NCBI RefSeq assembly: GCF_009914755.1 | Contig: NC_060930.1 | DNA length: 64,000 bases | Source: the human T2T-CHM13v2.0 reference genome, Homo sapiens | Strand: one strand, 5' to 3' | Part shown: piece by piece, positions 25,958 through 40,500 of the stretch | Position numbering within the stretch: position 1 is the stretch's first letter | Layout of the letters: every line of letters starts with the position of its first letter | The notes under the pieces: model-generated | What the model was told of the DNA's origin: nothing | Databases searched by the model: none | Seen by the model: only the letters and a program-made list of their open reading frames with translations | Made by a program: the position numbers and the translations under genes

Positions 25958-28900
25958 GTAGGTTGAGGGAGGGGGTTCCACCCTGAAACCAGTCTCACAG
26001 AAAACCACAGCACAGCTATCTTCCATGGCTCTTAGCTACACTGAGGGCTGAGGTAGATGACAGTGTGCATTTGATGTGAGAGTCAAGAGCCCAGCACAGG
26101 GGTGTGATGGGGACCCATACTGCATTCCTGCCTGTCTTGGACATAAAGCTAGCACAGCCCACTTACCTCCAGCAGACATCATCATATTTCACCAGGAGCT
26201 CCTGAGCCACTCCCATCAGGATTAGTTCCTGTGCTCATCACTGGAATATTCATGGGCAAGCCAGGTGATCCAGGCCTGCCCAGCTGTGTCACCAGAATGC
26301 ACCACACAGTAAACAAAGATCTAGTACATACCCATCTGCTTTTGCCATAGCTGGCTCTTACCTGTTAGTGTCATCTACTGACCTGTAAGTGTGACTGCAA
26401 AATCTGATATAAAACTATAACAGAAGCGCACAGGGCAATAGAAGCAAAGCCAAAAGACTCTACCCAACATGCTCTACAGTCACACCAGCAAGCGAGGGGG
26501 AAAAACCCCCATCCCAACGAAAGTAAATTCAAAAATAAGAATCACAACCTCTGAAAGATAAGCAGGAACCAGCCAAGAACTCCAGCAACATGAAGAAACA
26601 GAATGTTGTGACACACCCCCAAAAGAACCACACTAACTCCCTAGCAATGGATTCTAACCAAAATGAAACATTTTAAATGACAGGCATAGAATTCAAAACA
26701 TAGATTATAAGGAAGCTCAATGACATCCAAGGGAAAGTTGAAAACCAACATAAACCAGAAAAACAATTCTTGGGTTGTTTTTCACACATATCTTTAAAAA
26801 CATATCAACAACAGAGAGAACTTCTGGAAATAAAAAGTTCATGGACACAATTTCAAAATGCAATTGAAAGCTTTAACAAGAGACTAGACCAAGCAGAAGA
26901 AATAATTTAAGACCTTGAAGACCAATCTTTTGAATAAACCCAGTCAGAAAAGATAAAGGAAAAAGAATTTTTAAAAATGACAAAGCTTTTGAGAAACACA
27001 ACATTTTATAAGGCAACCAAACTTGTGATTCATAGCCATTCCTGAAGGAGAAAAAGAAAAAGTAAGAAGTTTAGAAAATAATTACTTAAGAAAATAATTC
27101 AGGAAAATTTCCTGGATCTTGCTAAAGATGTAGATATGCAGATATACAAAATCCAGAGAATATCTTGGAGATACTACACAAGATGAACATTACCAAGTTA
27201 TATACTCACCAGGCTATCTAAGGTTAACGTGAAGGAGCAAATCCTAAAAGTAGCCAGAGAAAAACACCAAATCAGCTATAAAAGAAATCCCATCAGACTA
27301 ATATTAGAGTTTTCAGCAGAAACTTTTGGAGCCAGAAGAGATTGAAGCCCTATTTTTACCGGCTCAAATAAAAGAAAAAGCCAGCCAATAGTATATCCTA
27401 TCAAAATAAGCTTCATAGATGAAGGAGAAAAAAGTATTTCTCAGGGAAGGAGATGCTAAGAGAATTCAACACCACTATACCAGTCCTACAAGAAATGCTC
27501 AAAGGAGTTTTAACACGGAAATGAAAGGAAAATACTCACCAATATCAAAGCACACATAATAGAAAGCTCACAGATTCTATAGGTAATTACAATTGAGATT
27601 CCAAGGCAAGTAGCTAACAAACTATGACAAGAACAAAACCCCACATATCAACATTAACCTTGAATATAAATGGCTTAAATTCTCCACTTAAAAGACTTAG
27701 ACTAGCAAATTGGATAAAACATACGATCCCACCATCTGTTACCTACAGGAGATCCACCTTATAGCTAAGGACACTTACAGGCTCAAAGTAAAGAGGTGGA
27801 AAAAGATATATCATGTAAATGGAAAACAAAAGTGAGTAGAAATAGCCATTCTCATATCAGATATGAGAATCTCATATCTGATATCAGATCTCATATCTTA
27901 TATCTGATATGAGAATCTCATATCTGATATCAGATCTCATATCTGATATGAGAAACAGACTTTAAACCGCAACTGTAAAATAAAGACAAGGGAATTATAT
28001 AACAATAAAGGCTTCAATAAAACAAAAAATTATAACTACGTAAAATATATGCACCCAACATTGAAGCACCCAGATTCTTACCATAAATACTTCTAGACCT
28101 AGGAAAACATATTACCAGGAATGCAATAATAGTAGGGGACTTCAACATCCCACTGACACCACTAGACATATCATCAAAGCAGAAAATCAACAAAGAAACT
28201 CTGGACTGAAACTAGACTGTAGGCCCAATATACCTAATAGACATTTACAGAACATTCTACCCAACAACTACAGAAAATACATTCTTCTGATTTGATCATG
28301 GAACATTCTCCAAAATCAACCATATGCTTGACCTTATATAAAGCAAGTCTCAATAAATTCAAAAACTTGAAAGTATATCAAATACTTTTTTAGAACACAA
28401 TGGAATAAAATTAGAAATGAATACCAAGAGGAATTCTCAGAACTACACAAGTGCACGGAAACTAAGCAACTTACTCTTGAACAACTTTTGGATAAACAAT
28501 AAAATGAAAGTCGAATTCAAAATTTTTTTGAAATGAAGGAAAATAGAGGCACAATGTGCCAAATCCTAAGGGATACAGCAAAAGCAACGCTAAGAGGAAA
28601 GTTTATAGCACAAAATGCCTACATCAAGCAGGTGGAAAGATTTCAAATTAACAACACAATGTCATACCTCAAGGAACTGAAAAAACAAGAACATACCTAA
28701 CCTAAAGCTAGCAGAAAAAAAGAAATAACAAAGATCAGAGCAGAAATAAATGACATTGTGACCAAAAAAAAAAAAAAAAAGGATCAATGAAATGAAAAGC
28801 TGATTTTTTGAAAGGTTAAACAAAACTGACAGTGCTACTTAGATTAACCAAGAAAAAAAAAAGAGACGATTCAAATAAGCACAGTCAGACTTGACAAAGA

Positions 28901-31749
28901 TGATGTTACAACTGATACCATAGAAATATGAAAGGTCATTGGTGATTACTATGAACACCTTTATGCACACAAATTAGAAAACCTGGAGGAAATGAGTGAA
29001 TTTCTGGAACAATATATTATCCCCATATTGAACCAGTATGAAATAGAAATCCTGAAAAGACCAGTAATGAATTATGAAATCAAATCAGTAATAAAAAAAA
29101 ACTTCCAAAAAACTAAACTCCAGGACAATATGAATTCACAGCCAAATTTTACCAGATGTGCAAAGAAGAGCTAATACCAATCTTACTTAAACTATTTCCA
29201 AAAATCAAGAAGGGACTCTTTTCTAACTCATTCTATAAATACAGTATCACCCTGATACCAAAATCAAGCAAGGGAACACACACACACAAAAAATTACAGC
29301 CCAATATCCCTGATGAAATATGCAAAAATAATTAACAAAATATTGACAAACAAAATTTAACAGCACATCAAAAAGATAACTTCTTATGATCAAGTGGGCT
29401 TTATTCTAGAGATGCAATGATGGTTCAACATATGCAAATCAATAAATGTGATTCATCACATAAACAGAAACTAAGAACAAAAACCATATAATCATCCCAG
29501 TGGATCCAGAAAAAGCATTTAATAAAACCAACATCCCTTCATGATAAAAAAAATCTCAACAAACAAGACATCAAAGAAACATAACTCAAAATAATAACAA
29601 CCATATATGACAGTCTTACAGCCTCCATTATACAGAATAAAGAAAAGTTGAAAATGTTTTGCCTAAGAACTGGAACAAGACAAGGATGTCCACCATCACC
29701 ACTACTATTCAATATAGTACTGGAAGTCCTAGTCAGAGCAATCAGGCAAGAGAAAAAAAAAAAGCATCCAAAATGAAAGAGAAGAAATAAAATTATCTAT
29801 TTGCTGACAACGTGATCATACATCTAGGAAAAAAAAAAAAACTAAAGCTTTCTCCAAAAGACTCCTAGATTTGATAAACAACTTCAGGAAAGTTTCAGGA
29901 TACAAAATTAATGTACAGAAGTCAGTAGTATTGCTATACAACAGTAACATTGTAGCTGAGAACCAAATCAAAAATACAATCCCATTTCTAATAGCCACAA
30001 AAAATGTGAGAATACTTTTAACCAAAAAGTGAATGATCTCTGCAGGGAGAACTATAAAATATTGATGAAAGAAATGGTAGATAACACAACAAATGGAGAA
30101 ACATCCCATGCAATGGATTAGAAGAATCAATATCATTAATAGGACCATGCCACCCAAAGCATTCTAGAGATTCAAAGCAATTTTTATCAAAATACCAACA
30201 ACATTCTTTATAGAATTAGAAAAAAAATCCTAAAATTCATATGGAACAATAACAACAAAAAGCCTGAATAGCCAAGGCAATCCTAAGCAGAAAGAACAAA
30301 TCCAGAGGCATCACACTGCCTGATGTCAAATTATCCTACAAGGCTATAGTAACTAAAACAGCATGGTACTGGCAGAAAAGTAGACACATAGATCAATGGA
30401 ACAAAGTAGAGAAACCATAAATAAAACAAAATACTTGCAAACAACTGATCTTCAACAAAAGTGACAAAAATAAACAATGGAGGAAAGACACTGGATTCCA
30501 TAAATGGTGCTTGGAAAATTGGTTGGTCAAGTGCAGAAGAATGAAACTGGACCCCTATCTCTCACCATATACAAAATTATCTCAAGATGGATAAAAGACT
30601 TAAATGTAACACCTGAAACTATAAAACTTCTGAACAAAACTCTAGGAAAAACTCTTCTGGACATTAGCCTAGGCAAAGAATTTATAATGAAGGACCCAGA
30701 AGCAAAGGCAACAACAACAACAAAAATACAAATGGGACTTAATTAAACTAAAAAGCTTTCATGCTGCAAAAGAAATAATCAACAGAGTGAACCAACAACA
30801 TATAGAACAGGAGAAAATACATGCAAATTATGCCTCCAGCAAAGGACTAATATCCAGTATCTATAAGGAACTCAAACAACTCAACAAGAAAAAGCAAACA
30901 ACCAAACTAAAAACTAGGCAAAAGACATGAACAGGCATTTCTCAAAAGAAGAAATACAAGTGGCCAAGAAACACATGCAAAAAGGTTCAACATCACTAAT
31001 TATCAGGAAAATGCAAGTTAAAACCACTCTGAGATATCTTACACCAGTCAAAACGTTCATTAAAAAAAGAAGTAAAACACACACACACGTGCACAACAGA
31101 TGACAAGGATGAGAAGAAAAAGGAATTCCACTGTTGGTGGGAATGTAAATTAGTTCAGCCTCTAGGGAAAACAACATGTAGATATCTGAAATAACTACGA
31201 ATGGAACTACATTCAATCCAGCAATCCTACTATGGAGTGTCTACCCAAAGAAAAAGAAATTATTATATAAAAAAGACCCCTGCACTAGTATGTTTATCTC
31301 AGCACTATTCACAGTAGCAAAGCAATAAAACTAACGTGTGCCCATCCACAGTGGACTGGACAAAGAAAATGTTGTATATATACACCATGGAATACTATGC
31401 AACCATTAAAAAATAATAGTCATGTCCTTTGCAGCAACAAAGGAGAAAGCCATTCTCCCACGTGAATAACTCAGAAAAAGAAAATCAAATATCTCATATT
31501 CTCACTTGTAAGCAGGAGCTAAAGAGTGGGAATATATGAACATAGAGATGGAAATAATAGACACTGGAGACACCAAAAGGTTGGGGGGGCGGGATAGGAG
31601 GGGGTTAAGAGTTTAAAAGTTACCTATCAAGTACAATAGTCATTATTTGGGTGATGGATACACTAGAAACACAAACCTCACCCTTATGCTATATATCTAT
31701 GTAACAAACCTGCAAAACACCCCCTGAATCCCAAACAAAGTAATTTTTT
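25958..31749 (+). mobile_element. Near full-length degenerate L1 (L1PA17/L1PB4-like)
   Basis: Partial 5'UTR, ORF1 relic, ORF2 start MTRTKPHISTLTLNINGLNSPLKR at 27624, RT/C-terminal relics, 3'UTR tatttgggtgatggatacactagaa; many stops. Confidence 0.9.
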
Positions 31750-31943
31750 AAAGTAACAATACAATAATAAAAAATAACACAAATAAACAATTTAGTATAG
31801 AATATATTTAGAAACTTTAAAATAAACTAAAAAATAACACAGATAAAAATTATTATGGAATATATTTAGAAACTTTAACACGGCATTTACATTGTGTTAG
31901 GTATTATAAGTAATCTAGAGATGATTTAAAGTATATGGAAGGT

Positions 31944-32360
<417 letters not shown>

Positions 32361-33840
32361 TCAAACCCCTGCAGGCACCAAGGGACCACTCTATCACTCA
32401 GTTGTTTAAAGTGTCAATGCTGAATGTGAATCAACTGAAAAATTAAGTTCACTGAATAAGCTGAGTAGAAAAACACCAAGTAAGAACATTATAAAAGAAT
32501 TTAAGAAGAACATTAATTTAGCACAAATTAAAGGGGAATCTGATAATATTTCCAAATTTATAGTGGTAAAATATGTTTAGAGCTAAAAGTGTTCACTTGG
32601 ACAAATTAAAAAGTTATAAAAATGTAAGATGTTTAAAGCCAATGGTTATTCATTGAATTCAACAGCAAGTACATTCCAGAAAACATTTGGCTTTTTCATG
32701 TAGTGTCAACAGTGAACTTCATCACTTTTGAGAACTTGACAATCACCAGTTTCCAAGAATTTTTGTCAGAAATAGAAGTTAAATATCCTAACATGCCCTA
32801 ACATACAACATCTTGGTGGCTTAAAATTTTATTGCATATTTAGTTCAAGCAGAGAATGAATTTCTTTATAAGTGAAAAGAAATCCCTTCAACTACTATTA
32901 TTGAACACTGAATGGCTTTGGAATTTAGTTTTCACTACAGATTTATTTTTCTTAATGAATTAAACCTAAAATTTCAAGCCAAAACAACATGTATGCAAAA
33001 CTTATGGCAAAGTTATTTCAATGACAACTAAATGTTGTTGGAATCACGTGTAATGTTAAGCTACTTTGTATACTTACGATGCTATCAGATTTTAAAAAGT
33101 GAGAAATCCATTCTCATACAAAGTTGTAGTGGGTATATTTTACAAGATCAAACTACAGTTCCAGCAGTGTCTTGGGAACCTCTATATAAATGCAAAGGAA
33201 ATATCTGTATTTCAGAATCCACTTGACTGAGCAATTGCAGACCTTCCACTTAACCTTCGATTAGAAATGATAAATCTGCAATAAAATGACATGCTAAATG
33301 GTAAATATCAAGAGAAAAATCTAATAGAAATATATAACTGCCTCTCAAGCATTGAATATGCTCAGTTAAAATCATATGCTCATAGATTTATATCAGTATT
33401 TGGCAGTAACTATTTGTATAAAAAGACATTTTCAAAGATGAAATACACCAACTCTTATTACATATTATCATGAACAGATGAATATTTTTAATCAATTTTG
33501 AAATATGAACCACTAATTTTGAACATCAAATAAGTGAAATAATATGTGCCCCCCAAAATAAAAAAAAATTCACTTTTTCTTATTCAATTACATTACAAAA
33601 TATGTACTCAGTTATATTATTTTTTAATTTCATCAATAAAAATGGACATTTGTTTTCTCTCTTGTTACATTAGTTATTTAATATCCTTAGATTATCTAAT
33701 ATTCTTGATTTAGTCTCCTGGCCTACAAAACTTTTAATATTACTATCTGACTCTTTTTTTTCTGATTAAACTTAGTTTTAACAGGTCTCAAAATTCTGTG
33801 ACAGGTTTTTGGTTGTTTTCATTAAAAAGTACTGATTTTA

Positions 33841-33985
33841 GGGTGTCTGTAATCTCAGCTAATCGGGAGACTGAGGCAAGAGAATTGCTTGAACCCTGGA
33901 GGTGAGGTTGCAGTGAGACGAGATCATGCCACTGCCTGGGAGACTGTGTGAGACTCTGTCTCCAAAAAAAAATAAAATAAAATAA
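33841..33985 (+). mobile_element. 5'-truncated Alu in the EEF1A1P 3'UTR
   Basis: Right arm plus tail; TSD aaaag(t/c)actgatttta. Confidence 0.9.
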
Positions 33986-34974
33986 AAGCACTGATTTTAA
34001 AAACTAATAACTTAAAACTACCACACATTAAAAAAAAAAATGGATCCGCAAAACATTCTCCTTTCCTTCTGAAGCTTTTCTGATGCATTGTTTTCATTAA
34101 CCAATCTTTTACTGTTAAACTTAAATGACCAATTGAAACAAAAAGTTCTGAGGTCATTCTTTTACTGATTAAGATTGGGGTGGTAGGTATTAGGGATAAT
34201 ATTCATTTAGCCTTCTGAGGCTTCTGGGTAGACTTGGTGACTTTGACAGCTTCAGAAGCTTTCTTGTCCACTGCTTTGATGACACCAGTAGTAACTGTCT
34301 ATCTCATATCATGAACAGCAAAACGACCCAGAAGAGAATAGTCAGAGAGGCTGTCAACACACATGGGCTTGTCAGGAACCATATCAACAATGGCAGCATC
34401 ATCAGATTTCAAGAATTTAGGGCCATCTTCCAGCTTATTACCAGAATAGTATTCAATCTTTTCCTTCAGCTCAGCAGACGTGCAAACAATGTGAGCTGTG
34501 TGGCAATCCAGTACAGGGACATAGCCACCAGTGATTTGGTCTGGCTTGTTCAGGATAATCACCTGAGCAGTGAATCCAGCTGCTTCCATTTGCAGGTCAT
34601 TTTTGCTGCCACCAGCAACATTGTCACAACAAATATCTTTGACAGACACATTTTTGACATTGAAGCCCATATTGTCCCCAGAAAAGGCTTCACTCAAAAG
34701 ATTCATGTTGCATTTTAGCAGACTTTACTTCAGTTGTAACATTGACTGGAGCAAAGATGACCACCATGCTGGGCTTGAGAACATGTCTCCACTAGGCCCA
34801 CAGGGACAATATCAATACAACCAATTTTGTAGACATCTTGGAGAGGCAGATAGAAGGGCTTGTTAGTTGGAAGAGTTGGTCGTCCAGAGCTTGAGGCAGT
34901 GTAGTTCCACTGGCACTGACATCTTTCAGGTGGCTCTCCATCCCTTGCAACAAGACGTGTGAGCACTTGGTTCT

Positions 34975-35873
34975 CATATTAGTCAGGGTTCTCTAGATGG
35001 ACAGGACTAATAGAATAGATGTTTATGTGGTTCGGCTGTGTCCTCACCCAAATCTCATCTTGAATTCTCACATGTTGTGGGTGGGACCTGGTGGGAGGTG
35101 GTTGAATCATGGGGGTGGGTCTTTCCCGTGCTGTTCTCATGATGGTGAGTATGTCTCATGAGATCTGATGGTTTTATAAGGGGGAGTTTTCCTGCACAAG
35201 CTCTCTTTCTTTGCCTGCTGCCATCAGTGTAAGACGTGGCTTGCTCCTCCTTGCCTTCCACCATGATTGTAAGGCCTCCCAGTCACTTGGAACTATAAAT
35301 CCATTAAAACTCTTTCTTTTGTAAATTTCCCAGTCTTGGGTATGTCTTTACCAGCGGTGTGAAGATGGACTAATATAGATGTATATGAAAGGGAGTTTAT
35401 TAAGGAGTATTGACTCACACAATCACAGGGTGAAGTTCCACAAAATGCCATCTGCAAGCTGAGGAGCAAGGAAGCCAATTCAAGTCCCAAAACCTCAAAA
35501 GTAGGAAAGCTAACAGTGCAGCCTTCAGTCTGTGACTGAAGGCCCAGGAGCCCCTGCAAACCACTGGTGTAGGTACAAGATTCCAAAAGCTAAAGAACTT
35601 GGAGTCTGATGTTAGAGGACAGGAAGCATCAATTATGGGAGAAAGATGGAGGCCAGAAGACTTAGCCAGTCTAGTCCTTTCACGTTTCTCTGCCTGCTTT
35701 TATTCTAGCCACACTGGCAGCTGATTAGATGGTGCCCACCCAGATTAAGGGTGGGTCTGCTTCTCCCAGTCCCTTGATTCAAATGTTAATCTCTTTTAGC
35801 AACACCCTTAGGGACACACAATACATTGCATCCTTCAGTCCAATCAAGTTGACACTCAATATTAACCATCGCA
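34975..35873 (-). mobile_element. MLT2A2 (HERV-L) solo LTR inside EEF1A1P
   Basis: tattagtcagggttctctag...caagttgacactcaatattaaccatcgca; TSD GTTCT/GTTCC. Confidence 0.9.
35023..35377 (+). mobile_element. THE1A-type solo LTR nested in MLT2A2
   Basis: THE1 LTR sequence; perfect TSD GATGT. Confidence 0.9.
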
Positions 35874-37514
35874 GTTCCAGCACGTTATTAACATTCCAAC
35901 CAGAAATTAGCACAAATGCTACTATGTCAAGTTTGTAGCCAGTCTTCTTAATATAAGTGCTGACTTCCTTAATGATCTCCTCATATCTCTCCTGGCTATA
36001 GGGTGGCTCAGCGAAATCCATTTTATTAAAGCCAACAATTGTTTCACACCCACAGTGTAACCAAGAAGGGCATGATCACAGGTTGGCTCATCCTTGGAGA
36101 CAGCAGCTTTGAATTTGCCTGAGATCCTCCTGTAATCATGTTTTTGATAAAGTCTCTGTTTCTTGGGGTGTCAATGACAGTGACATAGTAGTTGCTGATC
36201 TCAAAATTCCACAAGGAGATTTCAATGGTGATATCGCATTCATGCTCAGCTTTCAGTTTATGTAAGACCCAGACACCTTTAAGGGAACACTTTTGCACCT
36301 CAGCAGCCTCCTTCTAAAATTTTTAAATGGTTCTTTTGTTGATACAATCACATTTGGGGATCAGATGGCCAGTAGTCATGGACTTTCCCAGATCTATGTG
36401 TCCAATAACAATAATGCTGTTAAGAATCTCTTCCTTTGCATTTTGGCTTTTAGGGGTGGTTTTAGCAGCATGTGTTCTGGAGGCAAACATGTTGTGGAAA
36501 AGCTACTATCTAATTCTTCATAGAAAAAGTTTGCCAACTTTTAAACTGAATTATAAAATTATCAATTCCCAACATATCATGCATAGAATTTACTTGTAAC
36601 CCCTTTTTCACATGTTTTATCAACTCATCTTGCTATGTTCTCCTCACCAGTGAACTATAACATGATATCATCCATGTAATTGATAAACATGATCCTCAGA
36701 AGTATGGCAAAATGATTACATTCCTTAGACAGTACAATTAGCAGAGGTGGAAAGTTGCTATAACCCTAAGGCAGGATGAAGAAAGCATACTGCTGTACTA
36801 ATAAAGTAAAAGTAAAATGTTTATTAACTCAGAGAAAAAATTCACATGAAGTCACATAGACACCATCAGCTATATTTACTTTGTTTTCCAAATATACCAC
36901 ATGTGAAAGAGCATCTGCAATTGTAGCCATCTCCTGATAAAGTGTATTTTAATCTACTGTCCTACAAGATTTTCCTATCTTCTGTACAGGTCAAATTGTC
37001 AATTTAAGTGGGTATATAAAAATATTATTTTTACATGCATCTTTTAAGACGTTGATGGTGCCACTAATCTCTCTGGTTCCCTCCAGGGAACAGATATTGA
37101 CTTTGATGTACTTTTTGAGTAAAAATAGAATATTCTAGGAGCTGGCCATTTTTTTACTGTAAGAGCCTTTACTAGTTCAAGAGGCAATGTGGTGATGCTG
37201 TTGCTGAATATATTTATTCCTGATATGAACTCAGCAGCTAAGTAAATAACCACAAAAACTTTTTTCCAGATCTACCAGGCCCACTGTAAAATGTAGATTG
37301 GGTTCAAAACTCCATTTGCCTGAATAATTTAATTTCCTCACTTTTCTTTGATTGGTAGTCCTCAATGGCATTCTGAAACTGTTCATCAGCTTTCTATTTT
37401 CAGAAAAAAATGATACATATATACATATATGTATAAAAGCCTGGGTCTATCACTTTACCCAGTCCAATATTACTTTGGCTACAGGTTTGCAGAAGGACAA
37501 GAGAAATATTTGAA

Positions 37515-37568
<54 letters not shown>
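37515..37568. repeat. (ATATGT)n hexanucleotide microsatellite
   Basis: 9 perfect units. Confidence 0.95.
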
Positions 37569-37569
<1 letters not shown>

Positions 37570-40500
37570 ATAGGTCTTCCCCAAGTGTTCCTGGCTACTC
37601 TCCCATTAGAGAACTTTGTAGACTCCTCATCTTTTTCAGTCCTAGATATTGCATGATCGATTAACTATCTTCAAAGTTTGGTTAAATTCAAACCATTCTG
37701 ATTTCTTGGGTCATATCTTATCTTGGTAACCATGCTCACTTAGTCAGTAGTAATTAAGTTAACTTCTTTATTGAAATCAGGAGTTCATTTTATTGGCAGC
37801 TTCTCCTACCTTTTTCTTCTTTTTAAGTCTAGAAAAATACAGCCACTACAGAATTATTTAAGAAAGGTAGTGCCTTCCTTGTCAATTTATCTCTTAGTGT
37901 TTTGATGAAAAAAAAAAAAAAACCTGTGGGCCTTTTCTTTCTAAATATTTAGATTACTTTCTCTACCTTATACATAATAATTTCTAGACTCCCAAGCTTC
38001 ATTCAATACAGGCTCCCATTTAGTCTAGTTTTAGTCAACAATCCAAGCTTCTCTCAGCTACTCAAGCAGAGGGTATAACATTTTTTAAGAGCTCCAAATT
38101 AATAAATTTAGCCATGTTTTCCTCTCCCTGGTAAAGTACCCTCAGTGTCTATTGCACCACAAGCTTTCCAGATTTGGGCTGGTATAAGTTTTTAAAGTTT
38201 TGCAAAGTTTTTAATGTGTAACCCTTTCCTCTGAGGTTTAAATTTACAATTGTAGGGCATTCTGACTCTAGTTATAGAAGAGGACAGTGAGAGGTGACAG
38301 GGATCAGAAATGAGAATTTGCATCTGCCTGCAAGATAATAAGCTCATGAATTTAGTGCAGAGTCTTTTGAAACCAGTGAAACCAGGTCATGAAACCAATG
38401 AAGAGGGATCGATTCTATTGATATGAAAAGTTCTGGGAAATTTTGGAGTTTGAGGAACTGAGATATACGTGAAGCCTCCAAAATGCCGTATTCCATATCA
38501 TAATATTCTATTTTTTCCAAATAAATCCTAACTTTCAGAAGAAACACACTGAGACTGTAAACCTGGTCTATGTTAAAATTCCAGAAATAAAAAAATCAGA
38601 TTCTAAACCTGAGAAATATCTACATAAACCCAGTGGCTATAAGAAATTATTTTAGGAATAGTCATAGAAAATCTCTGGTGCCTTGAGTATAGAATTTAAA
38701 GCTCTGATTCTATCATTTACACTCCAATAGAGGTTTCTGGAACTATCTCACTCTATAGTCTTTGTATAACTTATGCCCATTGTGATATGCTAGAGCAACC
38801 ATCATTTGATCTGTTCTCAATATTTTAATGATTGGAGTCATGGATTAAAAATGTTTCCTGTCTAATGTTAACCTGCTCCTCACTGCCTTCTTATCTAACT
38901 AGATCAAATAATAAATCTCTTATCACAAACTTGAGGTCTGTTGCTTGTAATGTCTTTTGGTATCAAGTACTTTATTGACTCACTGTAACAGAAAACGCTC
39001 TGGCTATTTTAAACAACAAAGAGTTTTGTACCAGGAATAGGGTGTTTTCAAAATTATTGGTAGAATTAAAGAACTTCTCTATGGTGTACTTCCAGAAATA
39101 CTTCCAGGACCATACTGTAAAACCAGCCCACCAAGGGGACTCCTATTTCCACCACAATCAGGCATCCTTTGTTTCAGCTTCTGAATTCAAGATCCCACAA
39201 TCTTGCTATAACTGAAGGTCAGAAAACTACCCCCAAAATCATTTATTCAATGAATATTTATGAAATCCCTACTAGGAAGAGCCTCTACTGTGGGGGTTGC
39301 TTGGTAGACAGAAAGCAGAAGAAGATATGAGATTATGGTATGAAAGGCACCCAAAAAGAATGCGAGAGTACTAAGTTAGGACAGAAAGGGGTTAGAGAAA
39401 CACTGAATACAAACTTTATAAAATGTTTGATTTTGTTAAGGAAAAACTTCTTTTCTGAGTACCTGGTTTACATGGCAGAAAATTGACAAACCATTAAATG
39501 AGAATGCTTATAATTCTTAGATAAATATAATCCCATCAATTTATTTCATAGTGACATTTCATTTTTTCATAAAGTTGCTAGTAGAATTTTTTGATCAGAC
39601 AATATGGCAAATAGAAAAAAAACAAAACATTAGTTTTTATTTTGTTTTGCTTCTTCACAAGCATTTACTCATGCTCCCATTTTTTTTTCACTAAGTAGAA
39701 AATGCATGTATACACAAACATTGCACCGAGAAGCTGGAATTCTAAAACCAAAGCAAAGAATTAATATAACTGAATAAGTCTAGAAAAACAAACACGGCAA
39801 TCAGAAAGAATTAAAAACCCACTCAACTTATCCAACAAGGTTAGCACCAAGGGCAAGGGCATTTTTTTACACTGCATATCTGTCTGTGTGTGTTAATTAT
39901 CTCAATGGCTATTTCAATCAATTATTTCCTTTTGACAATGAAGATTACCCCAGCAAAACGTCTTAGTTGACAAGTTACTTGGATGACCTTAATTACAACA
40001 TCTATTGGACCATTAATGAATTTAAAAGATATTAAGGGAGGGCGAAACCAAGTGGTAAATTTTATTTAATTTTCTGGGTTAATTTTAAGTTCCCTGGAAA
40101 ACGTGATTTTCTAGGTTATTTCTTTTTGTTCAAAACTTTACAGTGTAAAAATGCTGTTTTCAAATATTAATCTTTCTCTTCAGCTTAATACTTTGCCATT
40201 CAATATCCTGAAATGACTAAAAAAAAGTCTGGGTGAATTTAGATTGCTTATTAAGCACAATGTAAATCAAAATTCAACTAAAATGTCTTTTTTCTACCTT
40301 TATCCCCTGCTACAGTTTTTAGTGTGCTACCATTCTTCTGTACTTTTAAATAACACTTGGCTTAACAATAACAAAACAACAACAAATACATTCTAATGCA
40401 TTAGTTAAAAAAAAAAGAAAAACTGTCCAACTGTCCACATGGTAATCTACTGCTAAATATCCATCTAGACACATCAAAAACTTTTCTACTTGATTAATAG

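Larger units (their letters stand above)
33754..36502 (-). pseudogene. EEF1A1P: EEF1A1 processed pseudogene, full length and disrupted
   Basis: 5'UTR from the TOP tract (36502), ATG 36441, stop 34203-34205, EEF1A1 3'UTR, short A tail, no introns; ORF 34299-34706 matches eEF1A ([15 protein letters not shown]...VLDCHTAHI...[10 protein letters not shown]); TSD tactatctgactctt / tactatctaattctt. Confidence 0.96.

Noticed and set aside
27849-27954. CRISPR-like palindromic repeat array
   Set aside because: No unique spacers, eukaryotic L1 context, and no cas genes
33291-33473. hAT dimerisation-domain ORF as a domesticated transposase gene
   Set aside because: Only 60 codons; the rest of the transposase is frameshifted, deleted and split by 6.9 kb of insertions
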